The position numbers were made by a program, and so were the translations under genes. Positions 51,668 to 60,868 of a stretch of 64,000 nucleotides of DNA are shown here, piece by piece. Origin of the DNA: Candidatus Eiseniibacteriota bacterium (GTDB lineage: Bacteria > Eisenbacteria > RBG-16-71-46); contig JBGAML010000010.1 in the NCBI GenBank assembly GCA_044223005.1, forward strand, positions 32,001-96,000. The letters run 5' to 3'. Below the pieces are notes generated by a model that was not told the origin of the DNA, did not search any database, and was given only the letters and a program-made list of their open reading frames with translations. Every line of letters starts with the position of its first letter. The first letter of the stretch is position 1.

Positions 51668-52116
51668 CGCGTTCGCTTCACGTTTCGCGCGAACCGGATC
51701 ACGCGCGCGTCGCGAGCACCGCTCGTGGCGCGCGCGCGTTTTCATCTCGGGCACGGCGCGGTCCTTGCGTGACGCGAGAGACTCTCGTTGGCGAAATCAC
51801 GCGCGCGGCGCGCGTCCGCACCAGTCGCGGGCGGCGCGTGTCCAGCGAAATAATTGCGGCGATTCATGCGGGAATTTTTCCGGTTGAATCGGTGCGTGCG
51901 CACGGTGCATAAACCAACTCCCCCGCAGTCGCGAGCCGACTCCTCTGCGACTGGCGAGACATTCACTCACGCGAAGTTCGAGAGCAGGAACTGGCTTTGA
52001 TGATCAGGCCAGCCCGGATGGCGTCACGAGTGGCCCCTGGCCCCGGCGCCGTCCCGGCCGGACCATCGTCAGGGATGCAGGTCCAGCACCGCAGCACGGA
52101 CCAGGAGGGTCCTTCC

Positions 52117-55100
52117 ATGTCCAATCCACTCGTTTCGGAGACCCAGGCCCAGGACACCACGACCCAGCACGAACCGACGCAGGCAGGTCTTCGGGTGCCG
52201 CGACATTTCACCCGAGCGGGCGTGAGCCCGTTCGACGAGGTGAAGTGGACCAAGCGACGCACGGTGATCTCGAACCCCGACGGTTCCGTCGTCTTCAAGA
52301 TGGACGACGTCGAGGTGCCGGAGAACTGGTCGCAGCTCGCCACCGACATCGTGGTGAGCAAGTACTTCCGCAAGGCGGGCCTGCCCGGAACGCCCGGCCA
52401 CGAGGTCAGCGTGCGGCAGGTGGTGCACCGCCTCGCGCACACGATCCGCACGGCCGGTGAGCAGCAGGGCGGCTACTTCGCCACGGGCGAGGACGCCGAC
52501 GCGTTCGAGGCCGAGCTGCAGCACATGCTGGTGAACCAGATCGGCGCGTTCAACTCGCCGGTGTGGTTCAACTGTGGCCTCTGGCACGAGTACCAGATCA
52601 AGGGCTCCGGCGGTTCGTTCGCCGTCGATCTCGAAACCAACGAGATCCGGCCGACCACGGACTCGTACTCGCGCCCGCAGGCGTCGGCGTGCTTCATCCA
52701 GTCGGTCGGCGACGACCTCATGAGCATCTTCGAGCTGGTGAAGAACGAAGCCCGCGTCTTCAAGTACGGCTCGGGCACCGGCACCAACTTCTCCAAGCTG
52801 CGCGGCAAGATGGAGAAGCTCTCGGGCGGCGGCACGTCGTCCGGCCTGATGAGCTTCCTCGAGGTGCTCGATCGCGGCGCCGGCGCCACCAAGTCCGGCG
52901 GCACCACGCGACGCGCGGCCAAGATGGTCGTGCTCGACATGGATCATCCGGAGATCGTCGAGTTCGTGCGCTGGAAGAGCCGCGAGGAGAAGAAGGTCGC
53001 GGCGCTCGTCGCGGCGGGCTACTCGTCCGACTTCAACGGCGAGGCCTACGCCACGGTGTCGGGCCAGAACTCGAACAACTCGGTGCGCGTGCCCGACTCG
53101 TTCATGAACGCGGTCGCGGCCGACGGCGGCTGGAACACCACCATGCGCACCACGGGCGAGGTCTACGAGACGCTGCCCGCGCGCAAGTTGTGGCGCGACG
53201 TCGCGGACGCGGCGTGGGGCTGCGCCGATCCCGGCGTGCAGTTCGACGACACGATCCAGAAGTGGCACACGTGCAAGGACACGGACCGCATCCACGCGAC
53301 CAACCCGTGCTCCGAGTTCGTCTTCCTCGACGACACGGCGTGCAATCTCGCGAGCGTGAACCTCATGAAGTTCCGTCGCGAGGACGGTGGCTTCGACATC
53401 GACGGCTACCGCCACGCGAACCGCGTGTTCTTCCTCGCGCAGGAGATCCTGGTCAGCTTCGCGTCGTACCCGACCGAGAAGATCGCCCGCAACAGCGAGG
53501 ACTACCGCCCGCTCGGCCTCGGCTACGCCAATCTGGGCACGCTGCTCATGGTCGAGGGCCTGCCGTACGACAGCGACGCGGCGCGCGCCTATGCGGCGTG
53601 CATCACGTCGATGATGACGGGCGAGGCCTACGCGCTCTCGGCCGAGATGGCCGCGAGCAAGGGGCCGTTCCGCGGCTACGCGCGCAACGCGGGCAGCATG
53701 ATGGGCGTGATGCGCCTGCACCGCGAGTCGGCGCGTGCGATCGATCCGGCCCGCGCGCCGCACGACCTGCGCCGCTCCGCGATCGAGGCGTGGGACCGCG
53801 CGGTCGCGTACGGCGGCCTGCACGGCTTCCGCAACGCGCAGGCGACGGTGCTCGCGCCCACGGGCACGATCGGCCTGCTCATGGACTGCGACACGACCGG
53901 CGTCGAGCCCGACTTCGCGTTGGTCAAGTTCAAGAAGCTCGCAGGCGGCGGCTACTTCAAGATCGTGAACCAGTCGGTGCCGCTCGCGCTGCAGCGCCTG
54001 GGCTACGACCGCAACGAGATCGAGCGCATCGTCCGCTACGCGATCGGCTACGGAACGCTCGCCGGCGCGCCGCACGTCAACGACTCGAGCCTGCACAACA
54101 AGGGCCTCTCGGACGCCGACATCGAGACGATCGAGAAGGTGCTGCCCAACGTGCTCGACATCCGCCAGGCGTTCGGCCGCGGTATCGTGAACGACGACAC
54201 GCTCACGCGTCTCGGCGTGGCGATGGCCGAGCGCGAGAAGCCGGGCTTCAACGTGCTGCCCTTCCTCGGCTTCACCGACACGCAGATCGACGAGGCGAAC
54301 CTCTACATCTGCGGCACGCAGACGGTCGAGGGCGCGCCGGGGCTGCGCGTCGAGCACCTGCCGGTGTTCGATTGCGCCAACCGCTGCGGCCCGCGGGGCG
54401 CGCGCTTCATCCAGCCGATGGGCCACGTGCGCATGATGGCGGCGGTACAGCCGTTCATCTCGGGCGCGATCAGCAAGACGGTGAACCTGCCCAACGAGGC
54501 GACGGTCGAAGAGGTCGAGAACATCTATACCGAGTCGTGGCGGCTCGGGCTCAAGGCGGTCGCGCTCTACCGCGACGGCTGCAAGCAGAGCCAGCCGCTC
54601 AGCAGCTCGGCCAAGAAGAAGACCGAGGAGCCGGCCGCCGCGGCGATCGACGAGATCGGTCCGCCCAAGCTGCGCCGCCGCCGCCTGCCCAAGCGCCGTC
54701 ACGGCTTCACGCAGGAGGCGCGCATCGCCGGCCACAAGGTGTTCCTGCGCACCGGCGAATACGAAGACGGCGGGCTCGGCGAGATCTTCATCGACATGCA
54801 CAAGGAAGGCGCCGCGTTCCGCAGCATGATGAACTGCTTCGCGATCGCGGTCTCCATGGGCCTGCAGTACGGCGTGCCGCTCGAGGACCTGGTCGACCAG
54901 TTCTGCTTCACGCGCTTCGAGCCGCACGGGCGCGTCGAGGGCCACGACAACATCAAGGTCGCGACCAGCGTGATCGACTACGTGTTCCGCGTGCTCGGGC
55001 TCGAGTACCTCGACCGTACCGATCTCGCGCACGTGATCGACGTCGCGCCCGAGGGCAAGCTGGTGCGGCATCCGTCCGCGACCGAGGTGCCGGTGGGCCG

Positions 55101-55329
55101 CGAGCACCATCAAGGCATGGCCCGGCCGATGGGCGAAGGACGCGCCATGCGCGTCTCGCGCGTGCAGGGTCCGGAGGGCGATCCGCTCGACGTGCAGGGC
55201 GTGATGGTCGAGCAGAACAAGCGCCTGCTCGGCGACGCGCCGGCGTGCGACAACTGCGGACACATCACCGTCCGCAACGGCACCTGCTACAAGTGCCTGA
55301 ACTGTGGGAGCTCGATGGGCTGCAGCTAG
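52117..55329 (+). CDS. nrdJ: Class II (adenosylcobalamin-dependent) ribonucleotide reductase
   Basis: FNSPVWFN, SACFI, NPCSE, ACNLAS, APTGTI, GAISKTVN; TSCPD-like domain and terminal Cys ribbon CDNC..CLNCGSSMGCS. Confidence 0.96.
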   Translation: MSNPLVSETQAQDTTTQHEPTQAGLRVPRHFTRAGVSPFDEVKWTKRRTVISNPDGSVVFKMDDVEVPENWSQLATDIVVSKYFRKAGLPGTPGHEVSVRQVVHRLAHTIRTAGEQQGGYFATGEDADAFEAELQHMLVNQIGAFNSPVWFNCGLWHEYQIKGSGGSFAVDLETNEIRPTTDSYSRPQASACFIQSVGDDLMSIFELVKNEARVFKYGSGTGTNFSKLRGKMEKLSGGGTSSGLMSFLEVLDRGAGATKSGGTTRRAAKMVVLDMDHPEIVEFVRWKSREEKKVAALVAAGYSSDFNGEAYATVSGQNSNNSVRVPDSFMNAVAADGGWNTTMRTTGEVYETLPARKLWRDVADAAWGCADPGVQFDDTIQKWHTCKDTDRIHATNPCSEFVFLDDTACNLASVNLMKFRREDGGFDIDGYRHANRVFFLAQEILVSFASYPTEKIARNSEDYRPLGLGYANLGTLLMVEGLPYDSDAARAYAACITSMMTGEAYALSAEMAASKGPFRGYARNAGSMMGVMRLHRESARAIDPARAPHDLRRSAIEAWDRAVAYGGLHGFRNAQATVLAPTGTIGLLMDCDTTGVEPDFALVKFKKLAGGGYFKIVNQSVPLALQRLGYDRNEIERIVRYAIGYGTLAGAPHVNDSSLHNKGLSDADIETIEKVLPNVLDIRQAFGRGIVNDDTLTRLGVAMAEREKPGFNVLPFLGFTDTQIDEANLYICGTQTVEGAPGLRVEHLPVFDCANRCGPRGARFIQPMGHVRMMAAVQPFISGAISKTVNLPNEATVEEVENIYTESWRLGLKAVALYRDGCKQSQPLSSSAKKKTEEPAAAAIDEIGPPKLRRRRLPKRRHGFTQEARIAGHKVFLRTGEYEDGGLGEIFIDMHKEGAAFRSMMNCFAIAVSMGLQYGVPLEDLVDQFCFTRFEPHGRVEGHDNIKVATSVIDYVFRVLGLEYLDRTDLAHVIDVAPEGKLVRHPSATEVPVGREHHQGMARPMGEGRAMRVSRVQGPEGDPLDVQGVMVEQNKRLLGDAPACDNCGHITVRNGTCYKCLNCGSSMGCS

Positions 55330-55354
55330 ACCGGGACATCAGCGAGCTTCTCCG

Positions 55355-55387
55355 CGGGCGGGGCCGAAAGGTCCCGCCCGTTTCGTT
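55355..55387 (+). terminator. Intrinsic terminator after nrdJ
   Basis: CGGGCGGGGCC-GAAA-GGTCCCGCCCG followed by TTTCGTT. Confidence 0.75.
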
Positions 55388-55423
55388 GCGGCGTGCATCG
55401 GGCGCGCGCGTTACGCTTCGCGC

Positions 55424-56497
55424 ATGCGTTCGCATCCCCGCCGTGCCCTCGCCGCCGCGCTCGCGGGCGCGGCGTGCCTGCTCGCCCCGCTCGTCCACGC
55501 GACCCCGATGCGGCTGGTCGTGCCCGCCTACCAGTACCCGACCGAAGGCGGCACGTGGGCCGGTCTCGCCGCGGCGGCATCGCACGTCCCGCTCGCGGTG
55601 ATCCTCGATCCCGCGAACGGTCCCGGCGACGTACAGGATCCCAATTACGTCGCGGCGGTGAACGCCGTGCGGGCCGCGGGCGGCAAGGTCTACGGCTACG
55701 TGTACTCGCATTACGCGGCGCGCGGCGCGGACACGGTGCTCGCGGACGCGGCGCGCTATCCGTCGCTCTACCCGATCGACGGCGTGTTCGTCGACGAGGT
55801 GACGGCGGACGCCGCGCCCGCGCACCTCGCGTACTACGCGGGGCTCGTCGCCGGGATCCACGCGGCGCTGCCGGGCCTGCCGGTGATGGGCAACCCGGGC
55901 ATCGCGTGCGACTCGGCGTACGTCGCGAGCGTCCACTTCGACGAGCTGCTCGTGTTCGAGCACTTCGCGGGCTACGAGTCGTGGTCGCCCGCGGCCTGGA
56001 TGCTGCGCCAGCCGCCCACGCGCTTCGTGAACCTGCTCTACGCGCGGCACTCGGCCGCGAGCATGCGCGACGCGATCCGCCGCGCTGCGTCGCTGAACGT
56101 CGCGGGCGTCTACGTGTCGGCGGACTCGCTGCCCAATCCGTGGTACGCGCTGCCGCCCTTCTGGGCCGACGAAGTCGCGATGGTGGAAACGACCACCGTG
56201 GCACCGGCCGGACTCGCCGCGCCATCCGCGGCGGCGTCGATCGCGCTCGCGCCGCTCGCGAATCCCGCGCGCGGCGAAGCGCGTTTCGGGCTCGCGCCCG
56301 CGAACGCACCGCGGGCCCTGGAGATCTTCGACGCGCGTGGCCGGTGCGTGGGCCGAGTGGTCGTGGGCGCGTCCTCGCGCGAAGCGGTGTGGGATGGACG
56401 CGACACCGGCGGACGGCGAGCGCCCGCCGGTGTCTACTTCGCGCGCGTCACGGGCGGCACGTCCGGGCCCGCGCGGCGCTTCGTCCTGCTTCGCTGA
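55424..56497 (+). CDS. Spherulin-4 (GH135-like) glycoside hydrolase with T9SS-like CTD
   Basis: LVVPAYQYP, ILDPANGPG, VYGYV, IDGVFVDEV, GNPG, VFE, NPW..LP..W; CTD IFDARGR..WDGRD..GVYFAR. Confidence 0.85.
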   Translation: MRSHPRRALAAALAGAACLLAPLVHATPMRLVVPAYQYPTEGGTWAGLAAAASHVPLAVILDPANGPGDVQDPNYVAAVNAVRAAGGKVYGYVYSHYAARGADTVLADAARYPSLYPIDGVFVDEVTADAAPAHLAYYAGLVAGIHAALPGLPVMGNPGIACDSAYVASVHFDELLVFEHFAGYESWSPAAWMLRQPPTRFVNLLYARHSAASMRDAIRRAASLNVAGVYVSADSLPNPWYALPPFWADEVAMVETTTVAPAGLAAPSAAASIALAPLANPARGEARFGLAPANAPRALEIFDARGRCVGRVVVGASSREAVWDGRDTGGRRAPAGVYFARVTGGTSGPARRFVLLR

Positions 56498-56554
56498 TCC
56501 CCCAGCGCAGCCAGTATTCGCCGTCCGGTCGCACGGACCGGATCAGCAGGCCGA

Positions 56555-56770
56555 TCAACTGCCGTCGCCGTCCGCGTCGCCGTGGCCGCCCGAACCGTTG
56601 CGGGCGTACGTGACCGAAGGCCCGGTCTTGCCCATCGACGGCACGTAGCGGTCGACCGGCGCCGGCACGCGATCCGCGTTGCCGAGGACCGTGCGCACGG
56701 GCTTGACCGGCGCGTTCGTGACGACCGACTGCACCGGCGAGAAACTGCCGATTCCGGAAACCGCGTTCAT
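56555..56770 (-). CDS. Small hypothetical protein (71 aa)
   Basis: AGGGAG RBS 5 nt before ATG; GC-rich third positions; fills an intergenic gap. Confidence 0.55.
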   Translation of the reverse strand: MNAVSGIGSFSPVQSVVTNAPVKPVRTVLGNADRVPAPVDRYVPSMGKTGPSVTYARNGSGGHGDADGDGS

Positions 56771-56904
56771 CGAAGCTCCCTGCGATCCGGGTCGCGCGCG
56801 GGATGCGCGTGCCCGGGGGGAGAGTGTCGGCGGGAATCGCGGTTCCTGAAGCCCCCCGATCCGGATTTCACGCGTTCCGGACCAGCCGTGCGTCCTGCGC
56901 GGGA

Positions 56905-57963
56905 TCAGCCGGCGATCGGCTCCCGGGCCCGGCTCCGCGGCGCGGCGGGCCGGCGGCGCGCCGGGCGCGTGTCCACGAGGAAGAGGTGCTCGCGATTGGC
57001 CGCCGGGCCCGGCGTGCCGACCTTGCGGCCCTGCAGGTCATGGATCCCGATCTTGTGCCCGATGTAGCGCGGGTGCGCGAGCGCGAGCTCCTGCAGCTCA
57101 CCGCGGGCGGCGAGCATCTCGCGCAGCGTCTCGAGCGCGAGAAATCCTTCGTCGCTGAACGAGACGAGCAGCCAGCGCGCGCGCACCGCCGCGAGCACGT
57201 CGCTCAGCGCGCCGGCGTGCTCGTGCCGGCGGTTGAACGCGCTCGCGCGCGTTCGCACGTCGGTGCGTTTGAGCGCCACGCCGTAGGTCTCCGGCCGGTC
57301 CCAGCGCACCAGCGATTCCCACACGTGGTAGTTGCCGAGGTAGCTGTGCTGGTTGTACGGCGGGTCCACGTAGGCGAGGTCGGCCTCGACCGTGCGCGCG
57401 GCCTCGAGTGCGTCGAGCGCCGTCGCGGCGCCCTCGCCGTCGAGCATCGCCGGCACGCGCAGCCGCAGCGGCAGGTGCGAGCGCGGCGCCCAGGCTTTCA
57501 GGTACGCCATCTGCACGCCCACCGTGGAGTCCACGCGGTCGGCAGCCTCCATCAGGCTCGTGAGCGCGATCGCCTCGAGCTCGGGCTCCAGCGCCATGGC
57601 CGCGATGCGGTCGCGGATCGCGTCCACGCGCGCGCCGTTGGCGGGCTGCAGGTAGCGGCTGCGCTCGCAGTAGGTCTCGGTGAACCAGCCCGGGCGGCCC
57701 GGCAGCGCGTCGAGTTCGGCGATCACGCGCTCCGCGGGCGCGCGCCAGCGGCGGGCGTCGGCGGCCACGTGGCAGGTGGCGAGTACCCACGCGTAGGCAT
57801 TGTGGTCGTTCGCGTGCACCCGGAACCCGCGCGCCTTGAGGGCGTGGCCGACGCGCGAGGTGCCCGAGAACAGGTCGAGCACGCGCCGCACGCCCGCGCA
57901 CGCCTCGACGCGCGCCACGATGTGCGACACCAGCCGCCGCTTGGAGCCCAGGTACTTGATCAG
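56905..57963 (-). CDS. Orphan DNA adenine methyltransferase (D12/Dam-like class)
   Basis: IKYLGSKR, DLFSGT..VG, ANDH, YVDPPYNQHSY..NYHVWE. Likely CTG start 8 nt after GGAGG. Confidence 0.88.
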   Translation of the reverse strand: MIKYLGSKRRLVSHIVARVEACAGVRRVLDLFSGTSRVGHALKARGFRVHANDHNAYAWVLATCHVAADARRWRAPAERVIAELDALPGRPGWFTETYCERSRYLQPANGARVDAIRDRIAAMALEPELEAIALTSLMEAADRVDSTVGVQMAYLKAWAPRSHLPLRLRVPAMLDGEGAATALDALEAARTVEADLAYVDPPYNQHSYLGNYHVWESLVRWDRPETYGVALKRTDVRTRASAFNRRHEHAGALSDVLAAVRARWLLVSFSDEGFLALETLREMLAARGELQELALAHPRYIGHKIGIHDLQGRKVGTPGPAANREHLFLVDTRPARRRPAAPRSRAREPIAG

Positions 57964-58082
57964 TCGAGCCGCCTCCCCGCGCGGCACGGGAGCGTGCGCG
58001 CGCGCCGCAGCGTAGCGCATCGGTGCGCCGCGCCGCAGCGCGCCGCTTGCGCCCGGCGGCGGCGCCCGGCAGAGTGCCGCGC

Positions 58083-59207
58083 ATGACCTCCGCGGCCCCC
58101 ACCCGTCCGTGGCGATTCTCCCCGCAGTGGCTGCTGCGCGCGCTGCTCGTGTTCGTGGCGATCGCGCCGATCGCGCGCGCCACGGGCGCCGGAGCGCTGC
58201 CCGTATTCGTGTTCAGCGCGCTCGCGATCGTCCCGCTCGCCGGGCTGATGGGCGAGGCGACCGAGTCCATCGCCGCACGGCTCGGCGCCGGTGTCGGCGG
58301 CCTCCTGAACGCCACCTTCGGCAACGCCGCCGAGCTGATCCTCGCGCTCGTCGCGCTCTCGCGCGGCTACCCCGAGGTCGTGAAGGCGTCGCTCACCGGC
58401 TCGATTCTCGGCAACACGCTGCTGGTGCTCGGCGTCGCGATGGTCGCGGGCGGCGCCCGGCGCGAGCGCCAGACGTTCGACCGCGCGGCCGCCGCCGCGT
58501 CGTCGACGCTGCTGCTGCTCGCGGCGATCGCGCTGGTCGTGCCGGCCGCGTTCCACTTCGTGGCCGAGAGCGCCGAAGCGCGCGGTGCACTGACGGCGGC
58601 CCGCGAGACGGACATCGAGCACACGCTCTCGGTCCTGATCGCGATCGTGCTGTTCGCGGCCTACCTGCTCAACCTGCTCTTCTCGCTGCGCACGCACCGC
58701 CACCTCTACGCCGGCGGCGCCGCGCACGCCCACGCCGCGCCCGCGGGGCCGGTCGGCCGCGCGGTCGTCACCCTGCTCGTCGCCACCGCGCTGGTCGCGT
58801 GGATGAGCGAGCTGCTGGTCGGCGCGGTCGAGGGCGCCTCGCACGCGCTCGGGTTCACCGAGGTGTTCGTGGGCGTGATCGTGGTCGCGATCGTGGGCAA
58901 CGCCGCCGAGCACTCCACCGCGGTGACGGTCGCGATGAAGAACCAGATGGACCTCGCGTTCAACATCGCGATCGGCTCCAGCATCCAGATCGCGCTGTTC
59001 GTCGCGCCGCTGCTCGTGTTCGCGTCGCGCCTCATGGCCGGACGGGCGATGGACCTGCTGTTCTCGCCGTTCGAGGTGCTGGCGGTGATGGTCGCCACCG
59101 TGGTCGCGAACCTGGTCGCCGCCGACGGCGAATCCAACTGGCTCGAGGGCGCGATGCTGCTCGCGGTCTACCTCGTGCTCGCGGTGGCGTTCTACTTCCT
59201 GCCCTGA
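58083..59207 (+). CDS. cax: Ca2+/H+ antiporter (CaCA family)
   Basis: GGLLNATFGNAAE, GSILGN, IVGNAAEH, GSSIQIALFVAP, DGESNWLEG. Confidence 0.95.
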   Translation: MTSAAPTRPWRFSPQWLLRALLVFVAIAPIARATGAGALPVFVFSALAIVPLAGLMGEATESIAARLGAGVGGLLNATFGNAAELILALVALSRGYPEVVKASLTGSILGNTLLVLGVAMVAGGARRERQTFDRAAAAASSTLLLLAAIALVVPAAFHFVAESAEARGALTAARETDIEHTLSVLIAIVLFAAYLLNLLFSLRTHRHLYAGGAAHAHAAPAGPVGRAVVTLLVATALVAWMSELLVGAVEGASHALGFTEVFVGVIVVAIVGNAAEHSTAVTVAMKNQMDLAFNIAIGSSIQIALFVAPLLVFASRLMAGRAMDLLFSPFEVLAVMVATVVANLVAADGESNWLEGAMLLAVYLVLAVAFYFLP

Positions 59208-59219
59208 GCGCGCTGCGGC

Positions 59220-60623
59220 TCAGGCCGCGCGGTCCAGTCCTTCGGCCGCCGCGCCGGGCGCCGCACCACTGCGGCCGATCGCCACGGCGAGTCCGTCGAG
59301 CGCCACGGGGCAGAGCCCCACATTGCGGTCCCGCTCGAGGATCGACAGCACCTGCTCCGACTCGAGCGCCGGCCGGTATGGCCGCCGCGTGCTCAGCGCG
59401 TCGTAGATGTCCGCGACGGCGAGCACCCGCGAAAGCTCCGGCACCTGCGCGCCGCGCAGGCCGCGGCAGTAGCCGCCGCCGTCCAACCGCTCGTGGTGCG
59501 AGGCGCTCGCGAAGGCGAGCCATTCGAACCCGCGCACGTGCTCGAGGATGCGCTCGGTGTAGTACGAGTGCATGCGCATCACTTCCCACTCCGACGGCGT
59601 CAGCGGCGCGGGCTTGTCGAGGATCGAGTTGGGCACGGTGAGCTTGCCCAGGTCGTGCAGCAGGCCCGCCCGGCGCAGTTCGGCGATGTCCGCCTCGGGC
59701 CAGCCGAGCTGGTGCCCGATGCTGACGGCGAGCTGCGTGGTCCGCTGCGAGTGCGCGCCGGTGAAGGGGGACTTGGCGTCGACGACCTCAGCGAACACCT
59801 GGGCGATCCGGTCCATCAGGCGCGTGCCCGCGAGCAGCGCCGCACCGCCCGGCTCGGCAGCGACGACCGCCTCCTGCAGCTCGCGCGTCGACAGCGAACG
59901 CCAGCGCGCCAGCGGCGCCTCGATGCCCTCGCACGCGGCGACCACGACCGGATCGAACCAGCGCCCCGCGCGCCGCCGCACCAGCGCCAGCGCCTGCGTC
60001 TCGCCGTCACGCACGGCGAAGACCTCGAGCGTCTGCGCGAGCGTGAGTATGCGCGCCACGATCGGGATCTCGTCGCCGCGCAACCCACGCGGCTGCCCGC
60101 GCCCGTCCCAGTGCTCGTCGAGCGCGCGCACGGCGTCCGCCGCGCCCGCGCCGAGCCCGAGCTGGCCGACGATCGCCGCACCGCGCTCGCAGCGCGTCTC
60201 GACGAGCTCCTTCGCGAGCTTCGGCCCGCCGCGGCCGATGCGCGCCACGCGCGCCGCTCGCTCGAACCACGACGCCGCCGGCGCCACGTGTGCCATCGCG
60301 TAGAACGCGGCGCGGAAGTAGTTGGTCCAGTCGACGCGCATGCGCGCGCCCTTGGCGATCCGTTCGTCGCCGCCGAAGAGCGTGAAGAGCTGCGCCGCGT
60401 TGCTCGAGCAGCCGACGTCCTTGAGGAGCGCGGCGTAGTAGAGGTCGCGCTGCTGCGCGAGCGTGAGCCCGAGCCGTTCGCCGATCGTCTGCGCGACCAG
60501 GCACGTGCGCAGCGCATGGCCCATCGGCTGCCCCTCGGTGAGATCGAGGGCGAACGAAAGCGCCGAGAACACGTCGGAAAGCAGGACGGACTCGGGCGCG
60601 GGGGTGCGGGTTCGCAGGGTCAC
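59220..60623 (-). CDS. Tandem HD/HD-GYP domain phosphodiesterase-like protein
   Basis: N-terminal degenerate unit (LLKDVG, EHWDGRGQP); C-terminal unit with HS.R, LLHDLGK, HHERLDGGGYC, DIYDAL, RPYR. Confidence 0.88.
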   Translation of the reverse strand: MTLRTRTPAPESVLLSDVFSALSFALDLTEGQPMGHALRTCLVAQTIGERLGLTLAQQRDLYYAALLKDVGCSSNAAQLFTLFGGDERIAKGARMRVDWTNYFRAAFYAMAHVAPAASWFERAARVARIGRGGPKLAKELVETRCERGAAIVGQLGLGAGAADAVRALDEHWDGRGQPRGLRGDEIPIVARILTLAQTLEVFAVRDGETQALALVRRRAGRWFDPVVVAACEGIEAPLARWRSLSTRELQEAVVAAEPGGAALLAGTRLMDRIAQVFAEVVDAKSPFTGAHSQRTTQLAVSIGHQLGWPEADIAELRRAGLLHDLGKLTVPNSILDKPAPLTPSEWEVMRMHSYYTERILEHVRGFEWLAFASASHHERLDGGGYCRGLRGAQVPELSRVLAVADIYDALSTRRPYRPALESEQVLSILERDRNVGLCPVALDGLAVAIGRSGAAPGAAAEGLDRAA

Positions 60624-60630
60624 GTCCGGA

Positions 60631-60658
60631 TTATCGGAATGCCCGGTCCCGGGTTTGA
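60631..60658 (-). promoter_or_regulatory. Sigma-28-like promoter of the HD-GYP gene (possibly leaderless mRNA)
   Basis: Minus strand reads TCAA-N16-TCCGATAA, ending 7 nt before the GTG start; no RBS. Confidence 0.55.
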
Positions 60659-60868
60659 GGGCGAGACCGATTTTTCCGCCACTTGCCGGGATTCCCGTGC
60701 GTGTTGCGAGACGCGTTGCAGGAAGCCTCTGGCGCTTCCGACTCGACCCGTTCTAACATTGACGTGGCACCAATACACATGTCGGTACCCGGCTCGGGTC
60801 CCGTTCGCGCCTTCCCCCCGGGCGAGCGGGCACCCCCGGCCAGAACCGCAACCTGCTAGGAGTTCTCC

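Noticed and set aside
51668..52116. NrdR boxes or a cobalamin riboswitch upstream of nrdJ
   Set aside because: No match to the CAN(A/T)ATAT(A/T)G-type palindrome or the B12 box found by eye.
52117..55329. Intein in NrdJ
   Set aside because: No Cys-start/His-Asn-end splice motifs or LAGLIDADG blocks; the length is explained by known insert and C-terminal domains.
56905..57963. Restriction-modification or defence island
   Set aside because: No nuclease, specificity subunit, integrase or compositional shift nearby.
60765..60785. Sigma-54 promoter at TGGCAC upstream of the EEP gene
   Set aside because: No TTGC at the required -12 spacing.
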